Part shown: piece by piece, positions 25,201 to 38,000 of the stretch
Layout of the letters: each line of letters opens with the position of its first letter
Numbering within the stretch: position 1 is the stretch's first letter
DNA from: Magallana gigas
Lineage: Eukaryota
Length of the DNA: 64,000 bases
NCBI RefSeq assembly: GCF_963853765.1
Contig: NC_088855.1
Coordinates: forward strand, 1,116,001-1,180,000
Reading direction: 5' to 3'
Program-made: the position numbers and the translations under genes
Notes under the pieces: model-generated
Told to the model about the DNA's origin: nothing
The model's database searches: none
Seen by the model: only the letters and a program-made list of their open reading frames with translations

Positions 25201-28200
25201 GATATGATTTGTGCTCAAACAGACTTTCGTAACTGTACAGAGGATCCTTAAAATGCAAATACAAAATTATAAAATCTACGTTAGAGTATATTACATCAAG
25301 GAGAAAAGAATGAGTCATGAAATAATCGATTGTCCCTTTAGTAATGGAGGATTGGCACAGGAAATAGTATGTTTCGTATCTGGTTGCTACTTTATCTATA
25401 CAACTATATTAGAATAATAGACTCGAATTTTGGGGGTTTAATACCGAGAAATCGGAAAGAGTACTGTCTTTTGTTTTATATATTTTAAACATAATTGGTA
25501 CTTGAAGATAACAAATTTGTTTTTTTTTCTTTCTCAATCAAGCTTTGCTAATTGATAATTAACGAAAATTCCTTTAAAAAATTCGGAAATCATCTGGATT
25601 TCTTGGACTTAAAAAATCGTTCGCATGCGCATTACATTTGCGCTAAATCATGGGAGACTTTTTAGTTTATGTTTCCACAATATCACATTTGCACGGATCA
25701 ACCCAGAAACGATATTACAAATACGTGTAAATTTTCATTGAAAATTTGTCATTTATTCTGTTCATTAAAGGAAATATGGGAAATAAGTAAACTCTAACTC
25801 AGTTAGAAAAATCGCGTCAAAATGGTGTGTAAACTCGAAGCGAGTAAAAAACGTTGGTAAAATGTTGAATTCTTCATTAATATGAATAATTTTTTTTTTT
25901 TGATGAAATTAGGTATTTACAGCCTCAATATGGTTTTTTATGAATAATTTGACTGTTTATTTCAATGCAGCTTCATTATTTTTCTTATTATTTTTCGGAG
26001 CGATTCTGCAGTTTTTGGCTACATTATGGGTATATGGGAAGCATTTTAAATGTGGGAAGGCCTCTCCAGAGACACGGTTAGATTATTCTAACTAAGCAGA
26101 GTGAAGCGAAATCAAAAGCGTTATTGTAGACCTAAAGCTTGGTTATGTAAATGTCAACAATACGGTGTGTGTATATATCTCAGTATTTCGTATATAAATG
26201 TCCGATATCATATGCAATGTCAACCAGCGCACGCACGGGTCAAAGTATAGTTGATTTAAAAATTAAAACAAGGGAAATGAAACAATAACCACGTTTATAC
26301 AGTAGAATATGAAAAATGGTTGAATACTGCTGAAATATGGAATCATGTGCATGTGTACAACACTGAGTGAAGATCTATCATTCTGTCAACTGAAATATGT
26401 CTGAAGTGTAACTCAAAATTGACTGTATGACATTGTCCTCTCATGCAGTCACCTTTATAGACCATTCCAATTCCATTCAGCTGGTTGAATGGCATTGGTT
26501 AATCCTGTGAACTCACCAGCTTTTATACAAACGTTTATATTTTCTTTAGGTTTTGTATAGATGGCTCACTGTATTTGTTTAAAGTATAAATGTAACTGTA
26601 AATAAATATTGATTCTATCAATTTAAGGTTTGAATTCTGCATTGAATGCAAAAGACAATTTAAGAAGCATACAATTTTATTTATTGAATGCATGCAATAC
26701 TGTATACAGGGTTATTTTCACCCTGTGTAATTTTTGCCCCGTGTAATTTTAGCCCCATGTAACTTTTGCCCTTCTAAACTTGCAAACAGTTTCGCCCCGA
26801 CCTAGTTTTGCCAAGACACAGTTGTGTTTTCATAGAGATATTTTGAGACAATTCGCCCAGTTTTAAATTTTCCCGCTGAGAACGAGAGTGAAAAGGGCAA
26901 AAATAAAAGCAGTCTGCCAAAAACCATTCATATAATTAAAAAAAATAAAAACAAAGACAGCTGATTTTGAAACATCAGACCGTTTTATTCGGCCAAACTG
27001 CATTAAAAATTAACTGATTTACGTGTGAGATATTCTTTTCCTTCTACAGCAGAACACTTCCTATTGAGTTATTTCCAAAACCCTTAATTTTCAACACCTG
27101 TTGTGGAAGAATAGTATATACATTCAACAACCAGTGTTTCTAATTTGGTCAAATTGTTCAATTTACCATTTCTTGCCTCTACCTTTTATTGTTAGATGGT
27201 TAAGCAAAATTTATTTTTATTCCATCAAAATAGATGAAAGTTCATTTTTCTAGATTTGGTTAGTTTATACGTTTTTAAAATAGCACACTTCATTTTCTTT
27301 GTCTTAGGTGCAATCGTATTCTTTTATTCTATATAAATGTATCATTTTACAAACACCTAACACTTTTTTTTGATTTGGCATTTTTTGTAGCATTTGCCTA
27401 GAGCCAACATCAATGTTGATTCATAACAATCGATCAAATATCAGGTCACACAAAGGAAGAAACCAAAGGCATTCCTTTTATCAGCTGAAAAAAAACCAAC
27501 AAAATATTAACCAGTGCATGAAGTTCTTGGATCCTCCTGCTCTTTGTATTTCTGCTACCTTTTAGTTGTCTTTTTAAATAATAATGGTGAAAATTATTTA
27601 TTCTTATGTATTCAAGCTTCGAGTTCAGGTTCAATTTAATAGTCATAACATGTCTGTCATGCAGCTCTCGAGAGATTAAAAACAATTCATCGGAATTACA
27701 ATTGATTGTTGCGTGTCACTCCGTTCTGAGCATTGTTTAAACTTTAATTACTATTGTTTCATGACGTTGTATCTTAAACAAAGGAAAATGATTAATTAGG
27801 ACGAATAATACAAATACCAGTACTTTACAGTACTAGAAACAGTACTTCAAAATATCTTGAAATCATAAAAGCACGTCTTACTTCTAAACGACGTACACTG
27901 CTGCTAGCTATTTGAGTTATATTCCACAAGGAGTGGCCCTATTGAACGATAGGCGTTCGATGTTAACCATAGCTTATCAAAACAGCTGATTTGATCAGAT
28001 TAGGTGAATAAGGACTGCAAACACACATTCAGATAGAAATAAGAGTCAACGTTTGAAAGAGTTAATATTTTTGATCTATTTATAATAAATCAAGTACATT
28101 TTTTGAAATGTTAAGCAGTGTAGAATTAGCTAATCCATTCTTTAAATTCATAGCGATTGAAACTTGTTTTCGTGGCATAAAACGTATAAATAATATCGGT

Positions 28201-30525
28201 TATATATTTATGGTAACGTAATCCTTAAAGTTATGCATTTCAATCGCCCGCCTCAAGAGATGTGTGTCAACGATAGTATAACTATTGTGTCTACGGCTGT
28301 GTCTGTTTGACATTCCACTTCTAACAACACTTCTTTGACAATAACATATTATAATCTTACGTTACAGAAAGACATCTGCGGAAAGCAGTGCTCAAGACAT
28401 CTTTTAATGAGTTAAGAGAAGGCAATCGATACATCTTCTAAACATAAAACAAGCTTGAAAACAAAACCACGCGTGTCAATAAAGATTTGCGATGCTTAAA
28501 GATATTCGTTGGAAGCGAAATCACCCCTGCGAATGTGTTCGGAATGTTTTCTTTATCGTTGCTAAGGAAGTAATAAATCCAGAGGTGCTCGGATGAAAGT
28601 TCACGAGACTTCACCGATATTTGTTCAGTTCCTGTGAAATTTCGAGCGGAAGTATAAGTGTTCGAATAATATTCTCAAAATACGTAAGTACAGGTCGTTT
28701 TTCATATCATATCCTACTTTGATTTATGTTAAAACGGGAAAAGCTTTCAAGTTGTATGTCTTATTTTACCATCTAGCAGTTATTTATATTAAACGATAAT
28801 ATTCAGAACAGAGTTATCGTTCGTGTTCAAACACGTGTAGAGTGGTTGAAAATATAAACACTGGGTTGCTTAATAAAATCATAGCCATGTTTGATGCTTG
28901 TGGTGTGCAATACCATGTTTTAAAAAAAATAATGGGTGACTTTTTTGCATTAATACTTAGTATATCAAGCCATTTTCAAGGAACATTCTGCATAAAATGG
29001 TATAGTCTGTTTCACTATTGATGTTATTACTAGGTCAGGCGTGGATCGAAAATTAATCCTCAGGAGGGATCTTTTTTTAAGCATGTTAGTTGTTGCAACA
29101 GCAGACAAAAACTAATTTTTGTATAGTCACATTTATTTTTAGAACACATTTTATTCACCAATCAATGAAGATAAAGTTTAAAATCAATAAACCTCTAGAA
29201 TTTAGATCTGACTACTAGAACCTAGATACTGTGAAATAGACTTTATACACGAGGTACGATTTTTACTGCGAAACTGAAAAGGTCAAATTAAACCACGTGG
29301 TCTAAAATTTGAATGACAATAACATTCGCAGGGGTGGAAATGAGATCTCTCAACAGTAGATGGTGAAGAAATCCACTTCTTTTAAAATTGTTCAGTTTAT
29401 CATTAACACAATATAAAGATTGTTAAGTTTATGATATCTTCCCGGCTTTGAAAATGTCATGGACGCAATTAAAACTACATGCACCACGATCACGATACTG
29501 TGTGAAACTGCTATTGAAATTTTAATGACGTAAATCTATCACGCACACGTGATTTAAACTTGAATATCTATATTATATATTTGCATAATTATGAAATTTT
29601 AACAAGACAACACTGCACATTAAAAATTATATGAACAAAAATAATGATAATTATAAAAATACTGTGAATAAACGTATTTTTGCATGTTTAATTGTTAAAA
29701 ATTGGTTTTTCAACAAATTAGCTTGATTTGAGTAAGCGTATTTCTGGTTGCACCTTTCCTTTAACATAATTCCAGGGTATTGTGCGTTTTACTTGATATA
29801 GCAGAAGCTGCATTTTGCTGAAAAGAACACAGGGCTAAAAGTAACACGTTTCCGTTTTTCCTGTGAGATTTCAAGATGTAATCAAATGTTAAACATATCT
29901 TTCGAAAATGAAAGTACGAAATATACGAAGGAATTACTTTAATGGTAATTTATAAAAGGTGTTTAGATATTTAAAGTAAAAGTTGTTTAAATGTTTGAGG
30001 TAAATTAATTTACTATCACACTATGTTAAAACCTGCAAATTAAACAACATACCCTGAAAATACCTTTTTCAAAACATTTATGGCATGTGTTTATCATATG
30101 ATCAGCATGTTAAAAAGACAACATATTTCTTATTTTTGTATTTAAAATGTTTTGATATTTTTATGTTTAAAAGTTTCTGTTTTGCAATTAATTTTGTTGC
30201 AAAGAAATTTAATATCAGTATCTTCACTCTATTAAAAAGCATTTGTATCTTTTCAATGTAACGATGCACTTCATTACTTCGTCTAATGTAATTTTAAGAC
30301 ATATACATCTCTAGCTAATTACAACTACAACATTTTGCTTTGAAATACATAAAAATCTACCTACTTTATGAAAGCAACAACACCTATGTTGGCTATGTTG
30401 ACCTTTATCGAGTTCCAGGATTTCTCTAACAGTTCTAGCTGATCCTCAGACAGGGAGGGTTCCAGACCCCCTCTCTTACTGTAACTCACGTCACTACAGA
30501 TTGGTCTTGTAACAATTGTGCCCAT
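22787..30525 (-). CDS. Globin, globin X-like, 178 aa, predicted N-myristoylated
   Basis: Exons 30525-30365 (161 bp), 23507-23282 (226 bp) and 22936-22787 (150 bp) sum to 537 bp. Translation MGTIVTRPIC...LSEDQLELLEKSWNSIKVNIANIGVVAFINLFQTHPEVKDAFLPF...LRSHALRVMGTVDKCL...LGERHVNY...FIDMVGGQFVHAIKP...WSEELGEAWVQLFRVLCYYMKKGM. CD1 Phe, E7 His and F8 His are present; introns fall at the classic B12.2 and G7.0 positions. Confidence 0.92.
24662..24794. other. Assembly gap (N run)
   Basis: 133 N. Confidence 0.99.
25023..25192 (+). mobile_element. tRNA-derived SINE or tRNA pseudogene with (TA)n tail
   Basis: A box TGGCCGAGTGG, B box GAGTTCAAGCC, imperfect acceptor stem GCCTAGA/TCGGGGC (25023-25110), no canonical anticodon arm, then (TA)n at ~25149-25192. 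Confidence 0.6.
26699..26910 (+). mobile_element. MITE-like fragment beginning TACTGTATACAGGG with internal TTTTGCCCC repeats
   Basis: Repeated tttt(c/t)gccc motifs and inverse gggcaaaaa near the end; right terminus degraded. Confidence 0.45.
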
Positions 30526-33500
30526 TTCACAAAGTCTCTATCTTTATCCTCTTGACTGAATTCTAAATCTCATTTCGTAAAACCAGCTCTACGATTTTAA
30601 TCCATCATTGACAAAAACATTTTTGTTTTCGTCATTGTGTTTTTTCATTATACTCCAAACGTAAAATTAAGACTCGTTTCCACACATTTTGAAGATTACT
30701 GTTAAGATAATCTGTATCATATTTCTTTGGCCAATGAAATTGGTGAGGGATGGAATGATGTATGATGAATCACCACACGAAGGCTTTTTATTCGGCATAA
30801 CCACATATCATAATAAAATAATACACTGCAGTGAGAGCAATAACCTTCCATACAGCTATCAAGTCAGCATTTCAGATAATAAGGGATCCTCACTATAGCA
30901 ACAGTCAATATGGGCCGTGAGATACAGAGAAGCAGATACAGTAAAGATATCGGTAAAAAGTCATGTCAGACAAGGAAATATGTAAGTCGTACTATAACAC
31001 AAGAAGTACAATTGTTATGTAAAGGCTCTCAATTAGACAATGTGACACACAAGAAAAAGAACAATACTTCGTTAATGCAGTAAAGCATTGATATCTAGTC
31101 AATAACTCAGCTAACAGAAATGTTTTGGACACCTAATAAACTTTTTGTAAACTTTTCTGTTTACTGATCGCTGTTGTTGATCTACCTCAATATAGGAATA
31201 GATGGTATGAGTTGCCATTATTTTTTCTGTCGATTTCCTTAACATGTCACCACAGTATTAAGTCTGTCTTTAGTAAATCACGTATTCTTCTTTTATTACA
31301 ACAGGACAATGTTTTAGGTGAAACAAGCATTAATAATACCCAGCTAAACCCTGTTTTTTTCCATCAACATTACAATTACATGTACTTTTAAAATCAATCA
31401 TCTTCGATTTTTCAAATTTATTTTATTTACACTTTATTTGATCCTGTGAAAGCAAAAACAAAACAAAAGGCCCATATGCCACATCGCTTACATAAGTAAC
31501 AGTTCTAAATTTTTCATATAAAACCCTGAACTTTAAAAAGGAACGATACACAGTAAAGAAAAACAATAAATCTTGGCTATGAAAATTTATAATGATTCGT
31601 TCAATATAACAATCTCAAATTGTATATTGTATGGATTTTCCTATACAATCACTATGGTAAACTCCGTCCTCAGGGGGCCCCACTGTTGTCCAGGAGGTAA
31701 AAAAATGACCATTTTAGAATTTAAACTATATTAGGATACAATTTATGAAACATCATACTTTGAAGTATAGTTTATCTTGCTAAAAAAAAGAAAAAAAGAT
31801 TTTTCTTAATATATTTCTATGACAATTTTGCTCTACTGTAGAGTTCAACCGATGTCTAAATGGTAGCTTTTAATAACATATTTGTATCAACAAAGCAATA
31901 GACTACTTGTGTAGTAACATCGTAAGTGTAGCAATTGCAGTTATTGAGAAGACATTTCCTTTTAGTTTCCTTTGCTGAATTCTACATCCCTCCTGGAGGT
32001 GCGTTTAGGGCAAGTATTAAAGATGCATCATTAAAGTCATGCATTAAGAAACTTGGATAATAAAAAAAAATAGTTAATTGTTTGAATTTTTTGTTGTTGT
32101 TTCTTTGTTTGCTGTTTGATTGTTGCTTATACACTCCAGGATAAGATATGGCTGTATACCTTATATTAGTTCACTTTTTTTACTCCAAAGTATTAAAAAG
32201 GCAATATTCCATCTTTAAGCTGCGTTATTTTATTACCTTATTTTCGTGTCTTTTCTTTATTTTTTTTTATCCCCAGACATTTTCTAATGAGTTAAAAAAA
32301 ATCGTTCGCAAGGCCTGTTTTTTTCTGTTAATATTCCTCCAGTAAGTAGTGGGCTTTTCTATGGAACGTCAATACATCAAGAGGTTTATGGTGTTACATG
32401 ATTGCATCGTAAGCTTATTTTAGCCAGATGTTACATAAAATTGCAATTGTGAGATTCGATCGGATTTTAATAATTTTGCTTGATACTTTTTCATAAAGCT
32501 TCCTCTAGAATATTAAACCAGGGTTAAATCAACGGCTTATGCATAGGAGATAAATTTGCAGAGAGAGCGGACTCCCCGTGAATTCTTTCAATGACAATAT
32601 GTTCAGTTTACATCTCAAAGCTGACTTTTTTTTAATTATTATGACCATACATTAATTTCATATGATTTGGGGGTGGGGGTATTTTTAATTATTTTAGAAG
32701 TAGTATTATTCCCACCTACAACTTCTTCCATTTGTATTAGCATTCAAATGTAATATTCAACAACATAATTGAATCTCCTTTACACGAAATCATCGTGAAA
32801 AAAAAATACATGTATTTGGAAGTAATTGCAAATACCTTGCCTCCATTGTACATAGTTTTACATGTTTTCTCAATCAAAGTATAAACTGTTTTATCGATCT
32901 GTTGTAATCATATGTGAAGCTTGGTTTTAAACTTTTTTCAACATTTCCTATGTTATCTGATTTTTCTTTTGATAATGTTTATAATGTGAAGTAAAGCTGT
33001 TTGTTTTATCGTAGTAATTTGTTAACACAAACTTTGCTTTTGCTGTTTTATAGCAGAAATGTCTTATAGAGCATCAGTTTAATCATATTCTAGCAACAGC
33101 AGTGTATTTTTATTATTAACTGCAATATCAAATTAATGAGAAGCAAACTATTTTACGGTGTCTCTAAGGATTTAAAATCAAAAGTATTTCTTTTCTTTTT
33201 TGGAAGACTTGATGCACAAATATCCTAATGAACCCAGACCTTGAACCTCTAATGAACAGAAATCAATAATTAGTACCAATGGGAATCTTTTGCCTCTAAA
33301 ATAATCATACTTTGGTATTGAGTATCAATGAACATGTTCTAGTATTAACGGTTTTTGAAATAACCTTTCATACTTACACATGAGATTTGCCTATATATAA
33401 CACAAGTATAATTCAGAAGTTCGCCCGAATTTTCTATTTAGGTTAATTTCAAAATAAAATACAGAATAGGTTATCTTAAACTGTTGAATAAATTTAATAC

Positions 33501-35048
33501 AAGGTTAAATATATCACTTACTTTAAAATTACAACTATTTTTTAAAAATACCTGAAGACTTTATCAGCAAAATCTTGCATTCATATGTCATGCAATGGAT
33601 TTTTTCAATTGGGTATTATTAAACTGAAGAAAATTTAAAACAATATCATATTCAACATTTTTCATGATTTATTAAATAACCTGATCCAAACAAAATTAAC
33701 ATCGCAAAGTTTTGCTATAATTTCCTCTATAAAGAATACTATCCTTATCGATACTTTAAACGAAAATGCTCTTCAATATACGTTCATGTCAAACGTCTAA
33801 GAGAAATTAACTTATATTCAAAATAGAGAGCAGCAAGCGTTAAAAAATTCCACGGATTCTTTTTTGTACAAAGGTCTCTTTCATTCGGAATTTGAGCTAT
33901 AGATGATAGTTTTGTCTGGATAAATCTTGGCAAAATTGTTTCAATAAAAAATAACAGTTGCGTTTTATACAAATGTTTACTAGTGTTTATGCGCTTTTGA
34001 TAGATATACACAACGACTTCTGAGATCATATAAACTAAGATTGATCCCAAGTTATTTTGTTTTCACATGCTGTATAGCCGTGTGAGTAATAATACCTATT
34101 AGAACGTCTAATTGTTCACTGAAACTTCGATAAACTCTCTGATTTTTATAACAATTCATGTCATATTTGGTGTATTTGGTTGCCAGTTTTGCCATATGAT
34201 AAAAATATTATTTTACCCTTGGTGTTTGTTTTATGTTCTTTATTTTCAAAATTGATTCCAGTGATCGAATTTCTGACCTTGAAATCTTTGTTATTCAGTA
34301 CCAGAAGCGGTTTTTTTCCGCATACGATAGCTGCTTGTACTCTTGTATACAGTCAACCATAAGGTTTTATCTCAAACAACAAGTACGTCATTATAATACT
34401 CTACATGAATATGTTCACAGATGGCTTTACTTTATTTCTCTATAATTATTAGTACATTTAAGTAAAAGGGTTAACATCTGATGATGTGTCAAACTCGATT
34501 ACATATTGTAGCCTGGTGCAACGTAAAGGCGTCAAAAATCGCATGTTTCTACGTTTTTTCATGACATTTCAAAACTTTGGAAATAAGCCCAAAATGAAAT
34601 TCCCAATACGACATCATTTAAACATGTGTGAAAAATGTAAATGAGATATTGATTTACTATAGTAAAAGCGACATCCAGTTATTTTACACCTTAAGTTTTT
34701 CCGTGTGACGTTAGATCAAACCATACATAAAGACATCTTAAAGACCTATAAATAAGTAGTCAAAGAATATTTATTCAAATGCATAATAAGCAAACACAAG
34801 TGGTATATTAAAACTTAGTTTATATTTAAGCTAGTTTTCAACAAAACACACACTGTCTACGAAAATTCCAGACAACGGTTAAAACTTATTAAAATCTGAC
34901 AAAAATTCTTTGTCAATGGTAAACCTATTTGATCATAAATCATGTAGATATCTCAGTATAGATGGAATGTTTACATGAATTTAAACACATTTTGCCATGG
35001 GTAAAACATTTCTTTCTACAAGCAACAATAGTTGATGCCTTTTTTTCT

Positions 35049-38000
35049 TTAGTTTTCATGATTTCTGTAGACTTGTATCCCAGTATTATTCTACAATCGA
35101 AATTAAAATGAATTAAATCCATTTACATATGTAAAAAGCACTACATGTTTAAAGCAAAGTAATAGTTTATAGGTAAAACAGTATAGTATATTACTAACAC
35201 ACTTAAGTACTTAAAATTCTTACCGTCATAATGTGACGTTTAACCCCCAGCAATTTCAGGTCATCTTCGTTTGAATCCTGAACTAACTGCAAATTTCTGT
35301 AAGCCTACATGAAATTGAAAAAAAAAATTTAAAAAGAAAAATCACCACAATTGCAAATGTATTTGATTAAAATTTATCTCGATAAAGCAAAAAAAGCCAG
35401 TGACTATTCGAACCTTTTTAGAGACAGTAATAGGGCATTTAAAGACAATCCACTGGACCGTTTCATAACACGGTGGAGTGGTCAGTGACCCGGCATACGT
35501 GTAGAAGCTCTGGTCACAAGGGAGAACATCCAGAGGGGAGATTCCAGACTCCACCTCCCGGTAGTTCCTGCTTTCATAAGTGGACCGTTTCATGCAGTTG
35601 TTGTAAATAAAGTCCAAGTCTGGATGGTCCCCACATTGGTATTCTACATTACCCAACGAAAACATTGTGATTATTGTTATATAGGATAACGTTTACCCAG
35701 AATGCAAAATATCTACTGATGATGATGATGATGGTGATGGTGATGATGATGATGAGGTATGTAAAACTGGGGGCCTATAATAATATTGTATATTTTCAAA
35801 TGCTCATAATTTTACACTATGAATCAAATATAATATATACGTGTAAATAGTGAAAATATTTTGAAATAGGAATTACAGTATAAAAAGGAGAGTGTAACGT
35901 GCGAGTACCCATTATTGCCGAGCACCCATTATTGCCAATCTAACGTCACGTTTGTGGCTGTTACAGTTGCTCTCCCGGATAAAACAGTAATTTTGAAGTA
36001 AAAATCACAATTGCACACAAGGCATGGAGTTTTTTTAAAAAATATAAATAAATAGAGGATCTCTCATGATTTTCGATGGTATATTATTCTTATTCAACGA
36101 GTTGTATGATTTCTATCCCCAAGCCTTGGCGATGGGATAAAAAACATACAACGAGTTAGATCAAAATAATATACCATCGCAAATTATGAGAGATTCTTTT
36201 TATCAAATGTTTTACCACATATTTTGTTAATCTCAATTCTTTCTATAAAAATTGTAATTGTGAGCCGCACAACACATTAACTGCAAGACGCCAACTACTT
36301 AACGCAAGGAAAACAAGTTCCTTGAAGTTTAACAAACATTTTATTTTCAAACATTTTTTATGAATTCATGAAGAATAAATGAAACAATATTAGATGCTTC
36401 TCATTTACAACTCAACTCTTTTCAACTGAATTGATCATTTACTTTTTCATGCTACGACAACCAACCGTCTATACCTATGTAATGTTTAATTATGACGTCA
36501 CATGGCGTACGAACACACAGTGGAAGATAAATAGAGGATATCTATATTGTGTGATTTTATATTTGCTTTATCCAACGAGTTGAAATGGTGTATATATTCG
36601 CGAGGCTTGCCGAGCGAATATAACCTTTTCAACGAGTTGGATAAAGCAAATATAAAATCACACAATTATAGATGTTCTATTTATCTCAAACAATTTGATT
36701 TATATTATGAGGCTTTTGAGACAGTCCCTTATATGACCCAAATTGATTTTTTTCAAAGATTAAAAACGATGATGCAACGTTGTGTTATCCGGTTATTGTG
36801 ACCTTGCGCAATACAATTTAGTACGTCATTTCTGAGATAAATCTAACTGTTTTAATGTAAGGTATCACTGAAATAAACCTTGAAATGATTTTGTAGCTCT
36901 AAATAATTTGTCTTGGAGTTTATTCACTTGATTAGATGGAAATACCGATCAGAATACTTGAATTATCAAGTTTGTTGACATACACAAAGTTGCGAATGCA
37001 CGTTAGTTTGAATTGACTCGAACAAGGAACAGTTGTTGATGCATGATGTTTAATAAAACAAACACTAGGCTAGCCTAATGATTCAAAATTGAAAATAGTG
37101 AATAAGGATGCTTACTGGTGGTGGAATAAAAGTCTCATGAAACATTATTTCGGTAAGTTCTTGTATATAAACACAACCAGATCGCCAGAACGCTCTGTTT
37201 TCATCGCGTTGTCAGGATGAACTCCTTGATAGTTAACGTAATTTGTAGTTTTATTAACTTCAAATTGAAAGTTGGAAGTGGGCTAAATTTATCAAAAATC
37301 TTGACAAACAAGAAAAAAGGGTCTTGTGGTTACGGTTATGAATAACTTTGCAAAAAAGGTGTGGGGGAGGGGGGGGCTAACCCTCCCCCCCCCCCCCCCA
37401 CTCACAATAGCCCCCGGTTCCGACGCCTGTGCTACGCAGTTATGTGTTTTCCTGTATTTGTAATTTAAATATTCAACAAAATCAATTTTATATTAATTTT
37501 TGTAGTAGATATAGTAGATATAGTTATGTTGAAAGTACTAGCAAATCTTTGAAAATATGTCACTGAAGCGTTGAAGCGAGGGGCTGTGTCAAAAGTAGTT
37601 CCGACCGGAAGTATTTGATATAGCGTCACCCGTGTGATATAGCAAAGGTTTATCACACGGGTAATATACACCACACGTATGAGATAAAAATTCATCCCAT
37701 GAGTCATATCCACAACATATTGAGATAAACATGTGATAAATAAATAAAAAGATTGAAGGCTTATTTTTGAAAATCGTATGACCTTAAACACACTGGACCG
37801 TGCAGACAAATTATCGTACCGCGCGTATTTCAAGTTGTCTACCTGGCCTTGTGTGTTATAGGACCGACGATATCTAAAAATAAGCATTTAATGCTTAAAG
37901 CTGAGATGAATTCATAAAAGCATTTGGTCGCGATGTCAGTTTTGATCGCTCTACAAAGTGGAATATATATCGCCCGAGAAAGTTACGATCGGTCGCATTT

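Noticed and set aside
37116-37224. Candidate extra CA exon with a strong GTAAGC donor
   Set aside because: On careful translation all frames from the candidate acceptor hit stops, and the CA reading frame closes without it.
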